A DNA stretch of 64,000 nucleotides from contig NZ_JAIPPU010000014.1 in NCBI RefSeq assembly GCF_026646375.1, forward strand, positions 11,873-75,872, given 5' to 3'. The notes under the pieces are model-generated. The model had not been told where the DNA came from, ran no database searches, and saw only the letters and a list, made by a program, of their open reading frames with translations. Shown here one piece after another: positions 9,267 to 17,950 of the stretch (position 1 is the stretch's first letter; each line of letters begins with the position of its first letter). A program made the translations under genes and the position numbers. This stretch comes from Acetobacterium wieringae. Lineage in GTDB: Bacteria; Bacillota; Clostridia; Eubacteriales; Eubacteriaceae.

Positions 9267-10403
9267 TCAGTATCGATACACAGCTGCCAGATCCCTTTCG
9301 GTGGGCATCTCATCTTTTTTAAGAATCAGCACCTCACCACCCCGGCTCAGCACCACCTCAGCCATATCATCATAGACATCACCGACTCGTGGGTCGGTAA
9401 TTTCACCTTGCACAACGATACCCATCTGGGGATCAAAGCGGCCAGGATGAACCGTATTTTCTTCCAGATAGAGACTGGCGACCTTGCCTTCGGCAATGGC
9501 TCGGCCAATTTGTACCACATCATCCGAGCCTAAATCCTTGGCGTGGGCTTCAGAAAAGGTGGCCATCCGGTCTTTCAATTCTTTTTTAAACAGTTCCTCC
9601 ATCACATCCTGAACCTTTTCATAAAGGCTCTTCTTATCCAAAGCGTCACCATCAATTTTGATCCCATCATCGATCAGGAAATTATTTTTTGACAGTTTTC
9701 GAAATTCACCCTGGTGTTCGTCGGGACTGACGAGAATCAAAGGTATTTTTTGTTTTTTGGAATACTTTTCCAGCACAAAGGTATCAACATGACGGAAGAA
9801 CTTTTCCTGATCCACCTTCTTCTCATCCTTGGCACCACCATGACCGTGATACATCGATTGATCACCACCAATGCTGGCCACGGACAGATGGGGGGCGGTT
9901 TTTTCAGTTCCCAGCACGCCTTCCATGGTGGCATCACTGGCATCCACCGGAATTTCTGTAAGGCCGCAACGGTCAGCTTCAAACAAAATAAAATTATCCC
10001 GATTCAACCCCAGTACATGATAGTGGCCGTTGGACTGAAAACTTCGTAGCAGGGGTTTTATATAAAAACTGTCTGACACAATCGCCAGACTTTTGACGTT
10101 CACCGGCAGCTTATAAACAATGCATTCTTCCTCATCCCCCAGAATGGCCATACTTTCGGTGGCACCCTCCCAGAATAAAGCATCTTCCTCCATTTCTTTA
10201 AACAGCGAAAACAGATCTTTAAAACCTTTGAATTCTTTGTCTTTTAAAGAAGCCTGGGCTTCTTTGACGAGATTCTTAAAACGGATGGGATTTTCCAGAC
10301 GATCCGGTTTCTTGATATGAGTATCCACATAAATGGAGATCACCGGCCTCTTTCCTTTTTCCATCATCGGATGGGGAAATTCTTTAACGATTTGATAATT
10401 CAT
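9267..10403 (-). CDS. Hypothetical protein, possibly baeRF3-type (eRF1-related) domain protein
   Basis: Good SD (GGAGGA) and a 378-aa ORF. The N-terminal pattern RPVISIYVDTH...ENPIRFKNLVKEAQ resembles what I remember of bacterial eRF1-like 'baeRF' families. This is recognition from memory only. Confidence 0.55.
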   Translation of the reverse strand: MNYQIVKEFPHPMMEKGKRPVISIYVDTHIKKPDRLENPIRFKNLVKEAQASLKDKEFKGFKDLFSLFKEMEEDALFWEGATESMAILGDEEECIVYKLPVNVKSLAIVSDSFYIKPLLRSFQSNGHYHVLGLNRDNFILFEADRCGLTEIPVDASDATMEGVLGTEKTAPHLSVASIGGDQSMYHGHGGAKDEKKVDQEKFFRHVDTFVLEKYSKKQKIPLILVSPDEHQGEFRKLSKNNFLIDDGIKIDGDALDKKSLYEKVQDVMEELFKKELKDRMATFSEAHAKDLGSDDVVQIGRAIAEGKVASLYLEENTVHPGRFDPQMGIVVQGEITDPRVGDVYDDMAEVVLSRGGEVLILKKDEMPTERDLAAVYRY

Positions 10404-10509
10404 CTACAAATCCTCCTCTCTGGTTTATGGAGTATTTACCCGTTTTTTTTATAAAATCACATCGTTTCAATTATCCTGTCATAGAACCGCTTCCGAAATA
10501 ATAATTTTG

Positions 10510-11307
10510 TTATAAATTAAAAAAATAGTTATGATCAATAATAAAGACCGGTGTTTGATCTTTCGAGCGTTTTCCCAGACCAAGGCTCTCATGGGACTTA
10601 TGCGTTACTGAATCGAGGGAATTTTCCCGATCTTCCAGGATCGGTTCTATCGCAATAACCCGATCCACCGTAAGGCCAATTTCCAGATTTTGTTTTGGAT
10701 CTTCCAATACAATCGCCAATTCCCGCTTGAATTCCGTAAAATCGTTCACCAATGTATCAAACAGTTTGATCATTTGAATTAACTCGTTATTTTTTGCTTT
10801 ACTAATTACCGCAAATGCCTTTTCCCGATCACCCTGGTCAACTAGTTTTCTAACCTCAACGCCGACAGCATGAATCCGCTTGTGGGGCGCATCAAATTTT
10901 CGCAAAAGATATTCCAGCGTGTGATCATTGGTTTCAAAATTATCATACCATTTTCCAAAGGCACAGGCGTGGGGATCTGTTGTTAGTTTAAACTCCCGGT
11001 TTTCGACGACCGAGTCTTCCAGTTCTCTGATCCAATTGATATGATCCTGTTTTCGCTGTTCCAACAGTTTTGTTAATTCGTTAATTTCCTCTGCTACCGA
11101 CTGAAACCCATAAAATTTTCGGGTATCGATAATCGGCACAATTTTTCCCCGCATATTCACTGCACCCCGCATATAGGTGGGCATTCCTGGCATCTTTATT
11201 AAATTTTCGATTTTAAAAATGGATTTAATGGACTGACTGCAAACACCATAGACACCTTGCTCCAGATTAAACAATGCCCATGGGTATGCGGTTTCTAATT
11301 CACTCAT
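10510..11307 (-). CDS. CheW-like domain fused to a chemoreceptor zinc-binding (CZB) domain
   Basis: The N-terminal half is CheW-like (IKMPGMPTYMRGAVNMRGKIVPIIDTRKF). The C-terminal half carries the full CZB spacing HINW-22 aa-CAFGKW-21 aa-HKRIH. Confidence 0.8.
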   Translation of the reverse strand: MSELETAYPWALFNLEQGVYGVCSQSIKSIFKIENLIKMPGMPTYMRGAVNMRGKIVPIIDTRKFYGFQSVAEEINELTKLLEQRKQDHINWIRELEDSVVENREFKLTTDPHACAFGKWYDNFETNDHTLEYLLRKFDAPHKRIHAVGVEVRKLVDQGDREKAFAVISKAKNNELIQMIKLFDTLVNDFTEFKRELAIVLEDPKQNLEIGLTVDRVIAIEPILEDRENSLDSVTHKSHESLGLGKRSKDQTPVFIIDHNYFFNL

Positions 11308-11546
11308 TGCTGACCTCCTGATTTTTTGTATGCTTTATTCTTTTTTATCAAATAATCATTATAAACTAATTAAATTCTATGTTAATTAAACCGGTTTAAT
11401 TAGTCAAGAAAAAAGTTTGTTAATTCACATATATAATTCCCGTTAATTCTTCTGCTTTTATTTTCTTATTACTCTATTATCATCCCATCTGGTTGAATTA
11501 ACAATCAAATCAGACCATTTTGGCAAAATAATATCCTAACCCAACT

Positions 11547-11575
11547 TTGACAAACCCATCAAACAATGCTAAGAT
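11547..11575 (+). promoter_or_regulatory. Candidate promoter for aspA leader
   Basis: TTGACA (11547-11552), 17 nt, TAAGAT (11570-11575). This would give a roughly 200-nt leader. Confidence 0.35.
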
Positions 11576-11716
11576 TGCCTTATTAAACTGAAAACGTTAA
11601 AGTGTTGCTATTATCCTGACCGAAAAGATTTTTTCTGACCGGAAAGGTGCGAAATTGGCAAGTTTATTGATAATGCACGTGTTTGCTTTATTTTTAAAAC
11701 ATCCTGATGCAATTGC

Positions 11717-11755
11717 GCTCTCTTTCCGCCTATTTTTCGGAAGGAGAGCTTTTTT
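11717..11755 (+). terminator. Terminator-like hairpin inside the aspA leader (possible attenuator)
   Basis: GCTCTCTTTCCG (11717-11728), loop CCTATTTTT, CGGAAGGAGAGC (11738-11749) with one G-U pair, then TTTTTT (11750-11755). It ends 27 nt before the aspA ATG. Confidence 0.55.
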
Positions 11756-11781
11756 GTATTGTAGTGGAAAAGAGGGAAAAC

Positions 11782-13176
11782 ATGCGAATTGAACATGATT
11801 TATTAGGATCACGGGAAGTACCGACGAATGCCTATTATGGTATTCATACGGTGCGGGCCCGTGAAAATTTTTATTTGACTGGCACACCCATTCACAACGA
11901 ATTGGTGGCCGCCCTGGTGGTTATCAAGAAAGCGGCAGCGCTGACCAATCTAAGCATTGGCGCCCTGGCTCCAGACAAAGGCGAAGCCATCATCGCCGCC
12001 TGTGATGAGATCCTGGCAGGATCCCTGAGTAACCAGTTTGTGGTGGATTGTCTTCAGGGCGGCGCCGGTACCTCGGCCAATATGAATGTCAACGAGGTGA
12101 TTGCCAACCGGGCCATTGAACGCCTGGGCGGACAAAAAGGGGATTACCACCTGATTCATCCGCTTGATCACGTCAATCTCCACCAGTCAACCAATGATGT
12201 CTTTCCGACAGCGGTGCGGATTGCTGCCATCCGGCTGTTAAAACCGGTGACCGAGTCCTTTGCCAATCTGCAGTCGGCCCTCCAGGAACAGGAAGAAGCC
12301 TTTTCCCGGATCATCAAAGCCGGGCGAACCCAGCTTCAGGATGCCGTACCGGTAACCCTGGGCCAGGAGTTTGGCGCCTGGGCTCAGGCTATTTCCCGGG
12401 ATCGCTGGCGGCTTTACAAGGCTGAAGAACGGCTCCGGCAGGTCAACATCGGCGGCACTGCGGTGGGCACCGGCCTCAATGCCCCCCGGGCCTATATCTT
12501 TACAATGATTGAAAAACTCCGGGATCTCACCGGCATCAGCCTGGCCCGAACCGATTACATGATGGATCCGACCCAGAACTGCGATGTCTTTGTGGAAGTC
12601 TCCGGACTGTTAAAAACAGCCGCCGTCAATCTCTCCAAGATCGCCAATGATCTGCGGCTGCTTTCTTCCGGGCCCTACACCGGACTAGGCGAAATCACCC
12701 TGCCGGGGGTTCAGGCCGGATCTTCAATTATGCCTGGCAAGGTCAATCCGGTGATCCCTGAGGCGGTCAATCAGGTCGCCTTTCAGATTATTGCCAATGA
12801 CACCGCCATCACCCTGGCGGCCATGTCCGGACAGTTGGAACTGAATGCCTTTTTACCGGTAATTGCGAAAAACCTGTTTGAAGAACTGGATCTCCTCCGT
12901 CATGCGCTTCCGTTGTTTAGCAAGCGCTGTATTGAGGGAATCACCGCCAACGAACAGACCTGTCGGGAACATCTGGAAAATAGCACCGTCATGCTCACCG
13001 CTCTGACTGCCATCATCGGCTATGATAAGGGCACCGAAGCGGCTCTGATTTTAAAAGAAACCGGAAAGCCGATCCGGGATATCATTCTCGAAAAAAAATG
13101 GATGACCGTTTCGGAGCTCGATGCGGTATTAAAACCGGAACGGCTGACCTCACCCAGCATGGATAAAAAACACTGA
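11782..13176 (+). CDS. aspA: Aspartate ammonia-lyase
   Basis: Fumarate-lyase signature GSSIMPGKVNPVIPE, which is the AspA-type VIPE rather than the FumC-type TQCE. MRIEHDLLGSREVP N-terminus, with AGAGGGAAAA SD before ATG 11782. Confidence 0.9.
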   Translation: MRIEHDLLGSREVPTNAYYGIHTVRARENFYLTGTPIHNELVAALVVIKKAAALTNLSIGALAPDKGEAIIAACDEILAGSLSNQFVVDCLQGGAGTSANMNVNEVIANRAIERLGGQKGDYHLIHPLDHVNLHQSTNDVFPTAVRIAAIRLLKPVTESFANLQSALQEQEEAFSRIIKAGRTQLQDAVPVTLGQEFGAWAQAISRDRWRLYKAEERLRQVNIGGTAVGTGLNAPRAYIFTMIEKLRDLTGISLARTDYMMDPTQNCDVFVEVSGLLKTAAVNLSKIANDLRLLSSGPYTGLGEITLPGVQAGSSIMPGKVNPVIPEAVNQVAFQIIANDTAITLAAMSGQLELNAFLPVIAKNLFEELDLLRHALPLFSKRCIEGITANEQTCREHLENSTVMLTALTAIIGYDKGTEAALILKETGKPIRDIILEKKWMTVSELDAVLKPERLTSPSMDKKH

Positions 13177-13191
13177 TCAAAATCTCTTAGC

Positions 13192-13328
13192 TAATTGCAA
13201 AACTGCCGTGAGCTTTGCGCCCAGTTTCGCACGAAAAACCAGAAGAAATTCGCATCGCGATTTCTTCTTGTTGTGGAAACTGCACTCAAAGCAATCATTG
13301 GTCGATGTTTTTCATGACGCAATTACCT
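13192..13328. repeat. Compound palindromic intergenic element (related to 53317-53378)
   Basis: Ends TAATTGC...GCAATTA are inverted. The core GAAACTGCACTCAAAGC (13276-13292) and its imperfect inverted copy (13211-13233) flank the hairpin AGAAGAAATTCGC-ATC-GCGATTTCTTCT. Segment 13276-13328 aligns by eye with 53325-53378 at about 80% identity. Confidence 0.5.
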
Positions 13329-13359
13329 AAAAAACTCTCCGATCGAAAGGAAGGAAATT

Positions 13360-14610
13360 ATGAATCTCAATAGTATGAATGAAACCCCGATGTCCAGCCG
13401 GATGGCGATTGGACTCTTTGGCAAACGAAATGCCGGTAAATCTTCTTTGATTAACGCACTGACCGATCAGTCAGTGGCAGTTATTTCGGATGTCGCCGGA
13501 ACCACCACCGATCCGGTTTATAAAACCATGGAGCTGCTGCCCATCGGCCCGGTGGTCTTTATTGACACCGCCGGTCTGGATGATACCGGTGAACTGGGAC
13601 TACTGCGGATCGAAAAAACCTATGAGGTGCTAAGAAAATGTCATTTTGCCATTGTCGTGGCAGATATTGAAACCGGCATCACTGACTTTGAAGAAGAATT
13701 CATCGATCAACTGATCAAACGCAAGATTCCCAGCGTTTTTGTACTCAACAAGGCCGACAAGGGCTGTCCGGCGCCGGAAGAGATCGAAGCGCTAAAGAAA
13801 TCGCTTAAAATCCCCTTATCCTTTACCAGTGTTTATAATGGCACCGGGATTAAAGCCGTTAAGCAAATGATCATTGACCACGCCAATTACGAAGATGTCG
13901 AACCAGCCCTGGTCGGTGATCTGATCGATTCCGGAGATATGGTGGTACTGGTGACCCCGATCGACAAATCGGCCCCCAAGGGCCGGTTGATTCTGCCCCA
14001 GCAGCAAACCATCCGGGACATCCTCGAAAAGGATGCGGTGGCGATGATCACCAAAGAGCATGAACTGAAACACACGCTGGAAAGCCTGAACAAACCGCCC
14101 GCCATTGTCATCACCGACTCCCAGGCCTTCCTGAAGGTCTCGGCCGACACCCCTGCTGATATTCCGCTGACCTCCTTTTCGATCCTGTTTGCCCGACAAA
14201 AAACTGATCTGGCCGAAATGGTTCGGGGGATTAAACGGATTGAGCAGCTGGCCCCCGGTGACAAGGTGCTGATTGTTGAAGGCTGTACCCATCACCGCCA
14301 GGCCGATGATATCGGCAAGGTTAAAATCCCCCGTTGGATCCGCCAGATCGCCGGTTGCGATATTGACTTTCACTGGGCTTCCGGAGCGCATTATCCCAAG
14401 GATATTGGCGAGTATGCGGTGATTGTCCATTGTGGCGGCTGTATGCTCAACCGCCGGGAAATGCAGTACCGGGTTCACACCGCCCGACAAAAAGGGGTTT
14501 ACATCACCAACTACGGGATGCTGATCGCCTATGTCCAGGGGATCTTAAGCCGAGCCCTGGAACCCTTCCCAGCGGCCAAGCTGGCTTTGGAAGAAAATCA
14601 ACTGAATTAA
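13360..14610 (+). CDS. hydF: [FeFe]-hydrogenase H-cluster maturation GTPase HydF
   Basis: P-loop GKRNAGKSSLINAL, then VAGTTTDPV, DTAGLDD, NKAD, and the C-terminal cluster motif CTHH...HCGGC. Confidence 0.9.
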   Translation: MNLNSMNETPMSSRMAIGLFGKRNAGKSSLINALTDQSVAVISDVAGTTTDPVYKTMELLPIGPVVFIDTAGLDDTGELGLLRIEKTYEVLRKCHFAIVVADIETGITDFEEEFIDQLIKRKIPSVFVLNKADKGCPAPEEIEALKKSLKIPLSFTSVYNGTGIKAVKQMIIDHANYEDVEPALVGDLIDSGDMVVLVTPIDKSAPKGRLILPQQQTIRDILEKDAVAMITKEHELKHTLESLNKPPAIVITDSQAFLKVSADTPADIPLTSFSILFARQKTDLAEMVRGIKRIEQLAPGDKVLIVEGCTHHRQADDIGKVKIPRWIRQIAGCDIDFHWASGAHYPKDIGEYAVIVHCGGCMLNRREMQYRVHTARQKGVYITNYGMLIAYVQGILSRALEPFPAAKLALEENQLN

Positions 14611-14633
14611 CGCCCTAAAATATCTTTTGTAAA

Positions 14634-14660
14634 TAGATCCGTTAGCGGGTCTATTTTTTT
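14634..14660 (+). terminator. Intrinsic terminator after hydF
   Basis: TAGATCCG-TTAG-CGGGTCTA (one G-U pair) followed by seven T. Confidence 0.7.
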
Positions 14661-14859
14661 GCTTTCCTGGCCGTTCTCACCGATTTATTTAAATGATCAC
14701 ATTAACTTGGATCAATAAAGATTCGTTCTTTTTGCGACTTGAATATTCGGAAAGTCCGTTTGACACCGAGTAGGACTTTATTGTACAATAAACAAAAATG
14801 ATCAAACATAATAAAAAAAGACTAAACAAAATAAATCAAAACTTATCAAGGAGCCGGTA

Positions 14860-15873
14860 TTGAAACAGTTTAACCGAAATACTTTAATCATCCTCAGTCT
14901 GGGCATCATTCTGATTCTTACAATTATCGTTTCCTTCTGGATTGGTCGTTACCCGATTTATACCAATGAGCTGATGGGCATTCTCTTTTCAAAGCTTATT
15001 CCCATTGAACCCTTTTGGGCTGCAAAAATTGAAACCGTCCTATTCAATGTCCGCTTACCCCGAATCGCATTGGCCTGTCTGGTCGGTTGTTGTCTCTCGG
15101 CTGCTGGTGCCGCTTATCAGGGCGTTTTTCAGAATCCAATGGCTGCTCCCGATATTCTCGGGGCCTCTGCTGGCGCCGCTTTTGGTGCTGCTCTGGCAAT
15201 CCTTCATTACAGCAGCAGCTTCATGATCACAATCTCAGCCTTTGGATTCAGTCTGCTAACCGTAGCCCTGGTCTATCTAATCAGCAAAAAAGCCAAGGGC
15301 AAAAATATTTTAGCGCTCATTTTGTCCGGTATTATGATCAGTTCGCTGTTCTCGGCTGGCACCTCCTTTATCAAACTCATTGCCGATCCCAACGATCAAC
15401 TCCCTGCCATCACCTACTGGCTGATGGGTAGCTTAAACGGTGCCAAAATCAGTGAAGTCACCTTTGTCCTGATTCCCATGGCACTTGGCCTAATCCCGTT
15501 ATTATTGTTAAGATGGCGAATGAATGTCCTGACCATGGGGGATGATGAAGCCCGCACCATGGGGGTTAATTCAAACCAGATTCGTTTAATCGTCATTATC
15601 TGCGCCACTCTTGTTACTGCTGCCAGCGTATCGGTCAGCGGTATGATTGGATGGGTTGGTTTAGTCATTCCCCACTTGACCAGAAAACTGGTGGGGAATA
15701 ATTTTAATCATCTGATGCCTGCCACGATGCTGTTTGGTGCCATCTTTCTGTTGCTTGTGGATGATGTATCCCGAAATCTGTTCACCACCGAGATCCCCCT
15801 GGGGATCTTAACCGCTTTTATAGGTGCGCCCTTTTTCATCTATCTAATTACCAGAACGGAGGAAATCTATTGA
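14860..15873 (+). CDS. FecCD/BtuC-family ABC importer permease
   Basis: Typical FecCD sequence (RLPRIALACLVGCCLSAAGAAYQGVFQNPMAAPDILG...GMIGWVGLVIPHLTR). AAGGAG sits 6 nt before the TTG start. Confidence 0.9.
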   Translation: MKQFNRNTLIILSLGIILILTIIVSFWIGRYPIYTNELMGILFSKLIPIEPFWAAKIETVLFNVRLPRIALACLVGCCLSAAGAAYQGVFQNPMAAPDILGASAGAAFGAALAILHYSSSFMITISAFGFSLLTVALVYLISKKAKGKNILALILSGIMISSLFSAGTSFIKLIADPNDQLPAITYWLMGSLNGAKISEVTFVLIPMALGLIPLLLLRWRMNVLTMGDDEARTMGVNSNQIRLIVIICATLVTAASVSVSGMIGWVGLVIPHLTRKLVGNNFNHLMPATMLFGAIFLLLVDDVSRNLFTTEIPLGILTAFIGAPFFIYLITRTEEIY

Positions 15874-16646
15874 GTATTGAAGTAGCAAATCTCAGCTTCA
15901 GTTATGGCGACCGCCTGATTCTCAAGCACGTCAGTTTTTCCGCACAAAAGAATCAGTTGTTGTCGATTCTGGGTGCCAACGGCGTCGGCAAAAGCACCCT
16001 TTTTCGCTGCATGCTGGGGTTACAAAAAGGGTATTCCGGCCAAATACGCCTTCATGGTAAAAACCTCAATACCATGAGCATTATGGATATTGCCAAATCT
16101 GTTGCCTATATCCCCCAATCTCATTATCCGTCCTTTAACTACAGTGTCTTTGATATGGTCTTGATGGGCACCACCCATCAGGTCTCAGTGATTTCAAGGC
16201 CAGGAAAAAAACAGCTGCAACTGGTGGAACAGGCTCTGGAACGGCTGGGGATCAGTCACTTAAAAAAGCGGGGCTATACCCAAATAAGCGGCGGCGAGCG
16301 CCAGCTGGTGTTGATGGCCCGGGCACTGGTGCAGAAAGCAAAAATTCTGATTCTGGATGAACCAACCGCCAATTTGGATTATGGCAACCAGATCCGTGTT
16401 CTGAACCAGATGAAATCGCTGGCACAAGAGGGTTATACGATCATCCAATCGACCCATAACCCGGATCAGACCTTTTTATTCTCCGACACGGTGATGGCCA
16501 TGAAAGATGGTGAAATCACCGCCTGGGGTCAACCCGGCGATATTTTTACCGAAGAGCTGATTCGCAACCTCTACGCTGCCGAGGTAACCATCAACAGTCT
16601 TTATGATGACCGTGTCAGAGTCTGTATTCCAAAATGCGCCATCTGA
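15870..16646 (+). CDS. ABC importer ATP-binding protein (FecE/BtuD type)
   Basis: Walker A GANGVGKST, signature ISGGERQ, Walker B ILILDEP. The start overlaps the permease stop. Confidence 0.9.
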   Translation: MSIEVANLSFSYGDRLILKHVSFSAQKNQLLSILGANGVGKSTLFRCMLGLQKGYSGQIRLHGKNLNTMSIMDIAKSVAYIPQSHYPSFNYSVFDMVLMGTTHQVSVISRPGKKQLQLVEQALERLGISHLKKRGYTQISGGERQLVLMARALVQKAKILILDEPTANLDYGNQIRVLNQMKSLAQEGYTIIQSTHNPDQTFLFSDTVMAMKDGEITAWGQPGDIFTEELIRNLYAAEVTINSLYDDRVRVCIPKCAI

Positions 16647-16759
16647 TTGGCTGACAAGCCCCTCCCGGGTTATCCCCAGGAGTTGATTAACACTGACTTT
16701 AAACCATTATCAATGGTTTTGATATAAAGAACATAAACGTCTAAAGAGGAGAAAATGAA

Positions 16760-17842
16760 ATGAAGAAAAAACTTGTAGCACTACTACTGGTGGTTTGTCT
16801 GGTGATGACACTGACCACTGCCTGTGGCAGTAGCGGATCAGGCACGGCATCAGCGAATGCCACCACCAGTTTTACCGACTCTGCTGGCCGGGTGGTTGAG
16901 GTTCCGGCCAAAATCACCCGAATTGTCCCTTCTGGGGCGCTGGCGCAGATCGCCCTTTTTGCTTTAGCTCCAGAAATGTTTGTGGGTCTTTCCAGTAAAT
17001 GGGATGCCACTGCCGCCGAGTACATTGACACCCAATACCTGGATCTGCCGGTTTTAGGCCAGTTTTATGGCCAGGGTGATTTGAATCTTGAAGAAATTGC
17101 CAAGGTCGACCCCCAGATTATCATTGATATTGGCGAATCCAAATCCACCATCGTTGAAGATATGGATGGCATTCAGGAACAGGTCGGCATTCCCACCGTT
17201 CACATTGAAGCAACCATCGATACCATGGCCGATGCCTATCGAACATTAGGGAAACTGCTTGGTAAAGAAGAAGAAGCCGAAGTCCTGGCAAAATACTGCG
17301 AAACAGTCAATGCCGATACCCAAAAAATACTTGACAAAGTTGGCGAGAACGGCAAAACAAAGCTGGTCTACTGTACCGGTGAAGATGGTCTGAGTGTGCT
17401 GGCCAAAGGATCTTTCCATGCCGAAGTGATTGACAAACTCAGCAACAATGTGGCGGTTGTCAATGATATTTCCAGTAAAGGCACCGGCAACCCGGTGGAT
17501 ATGGAACAACTGATGCTATGGGATCCGGATGTTATTATTTTTGCTCCCGGCAGTGCTTATAGTACGGTGGCAACAAACGAAGCCTGGCAGAATCTTAAAG
17601 CGATTAAAAACGGAACGTATTATGAAGTCCCCAATGGCCCCTATAACTGGATGGGTAGCCCACCATCCGTTAACCGTTTGATGGGAATGATCTGGATGAC
17701 TCAGTTATTATATCCAGATCAGGCTCAATACGATGGCTATAAAAAAGCCGCTGAATATTACAAATTGTTCTATCACACCGATTTAACCCAGGATCAGTAT
17801 AACAAACTGGTTGCTAATTCGCTGGGTAAAACAGCTAAATAA
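16760..17842 (+). CDS. ABC importer substrate-binding lipoprotein (siderophore/corrinoid-binding class, Peripla_BP_2-like)
   Basis: Lipobox LTTAC|GSSG. Sequence is typical of cluster A/BtuF-FhuD-type binding proteins (PERIVPSG..., WDPDVIIF). Confidence 0.85.
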   Translation: MKKKLVALLLVVCLVMTLTTACGSSGSGTASANATTSFTDSAGRVVEVPAKITRIVPSGALAQIALFALAPEMFVGLSSKWDATAAEYIDTQYLDLPVLGQFYGQGDLNLEEIAKVDPQIIIDIGESKSTIVEDMDGIQEQVGIPTVHIEATIDTMADAYRTLGKLLGKEEEAEVLAKYCETVNADTQKILDKVGENGKTKLVYCTGEDGLSVLAKGSFHAEVIDKLSNNVAVVNDISSKGTGNPVDMEQLMLWDPDVIIFAPGSAYSTVATNEAWQNLKAIKNGTYYEVPNGPYNWMGSPPSVNRLMGMIWMTQLLYPDQAQYDGYKKAAEYYKLFYHTDLTQDQYNKLVANSLGKTAK

Positions 17843-17856
17843 TTCCACCACCAATA

Positions 17857-17890
17857 CGGCAAAGCAGCCAACCCGCTGCTTTGCCGTTTT
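17857..17890 (+). terminator. Intrinsic terminator after the binding-protein gene
   Basis: CGGCAAAGCAGC-CAACCC-GCTGCTTTGCCG (perfect 12-bp stem) followed by TTTT. Confidence 0.75.
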
Positions 17891-17950
17891 AAAAATTTAG
17901 CGTCTAAACCCTCACAAATCATGATAACCAAAGGTAAGGAAGGTAACAAA

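Noticed and set aside
13192-13328. The structured 135-nt element upstream of hydF as a 6S RNA or riboswitch
   Set aside because: A shorter related copy in a different gene context (53317-53378) fits a dispersed repeat better. I recognise no known riboswitch or 6S sequence features.
13816-14490. 224-aa and 125-aa minus-strand ORFs inside hydF
   Set aside because: Antisense shadows of hydF, whose motifs are unambiguous. The sequences are Gly/Arg-rich nonsense typical of reverse frames.
14611-14859. Cobalamin riboswitch upstream of the FecCD-type importer
   Set aside because: I looked for a B12-box-like element (AGYCMGGAGACCKGCC-type) and conserved stems and found none. Only a Rfam scan could definitively exclude it.
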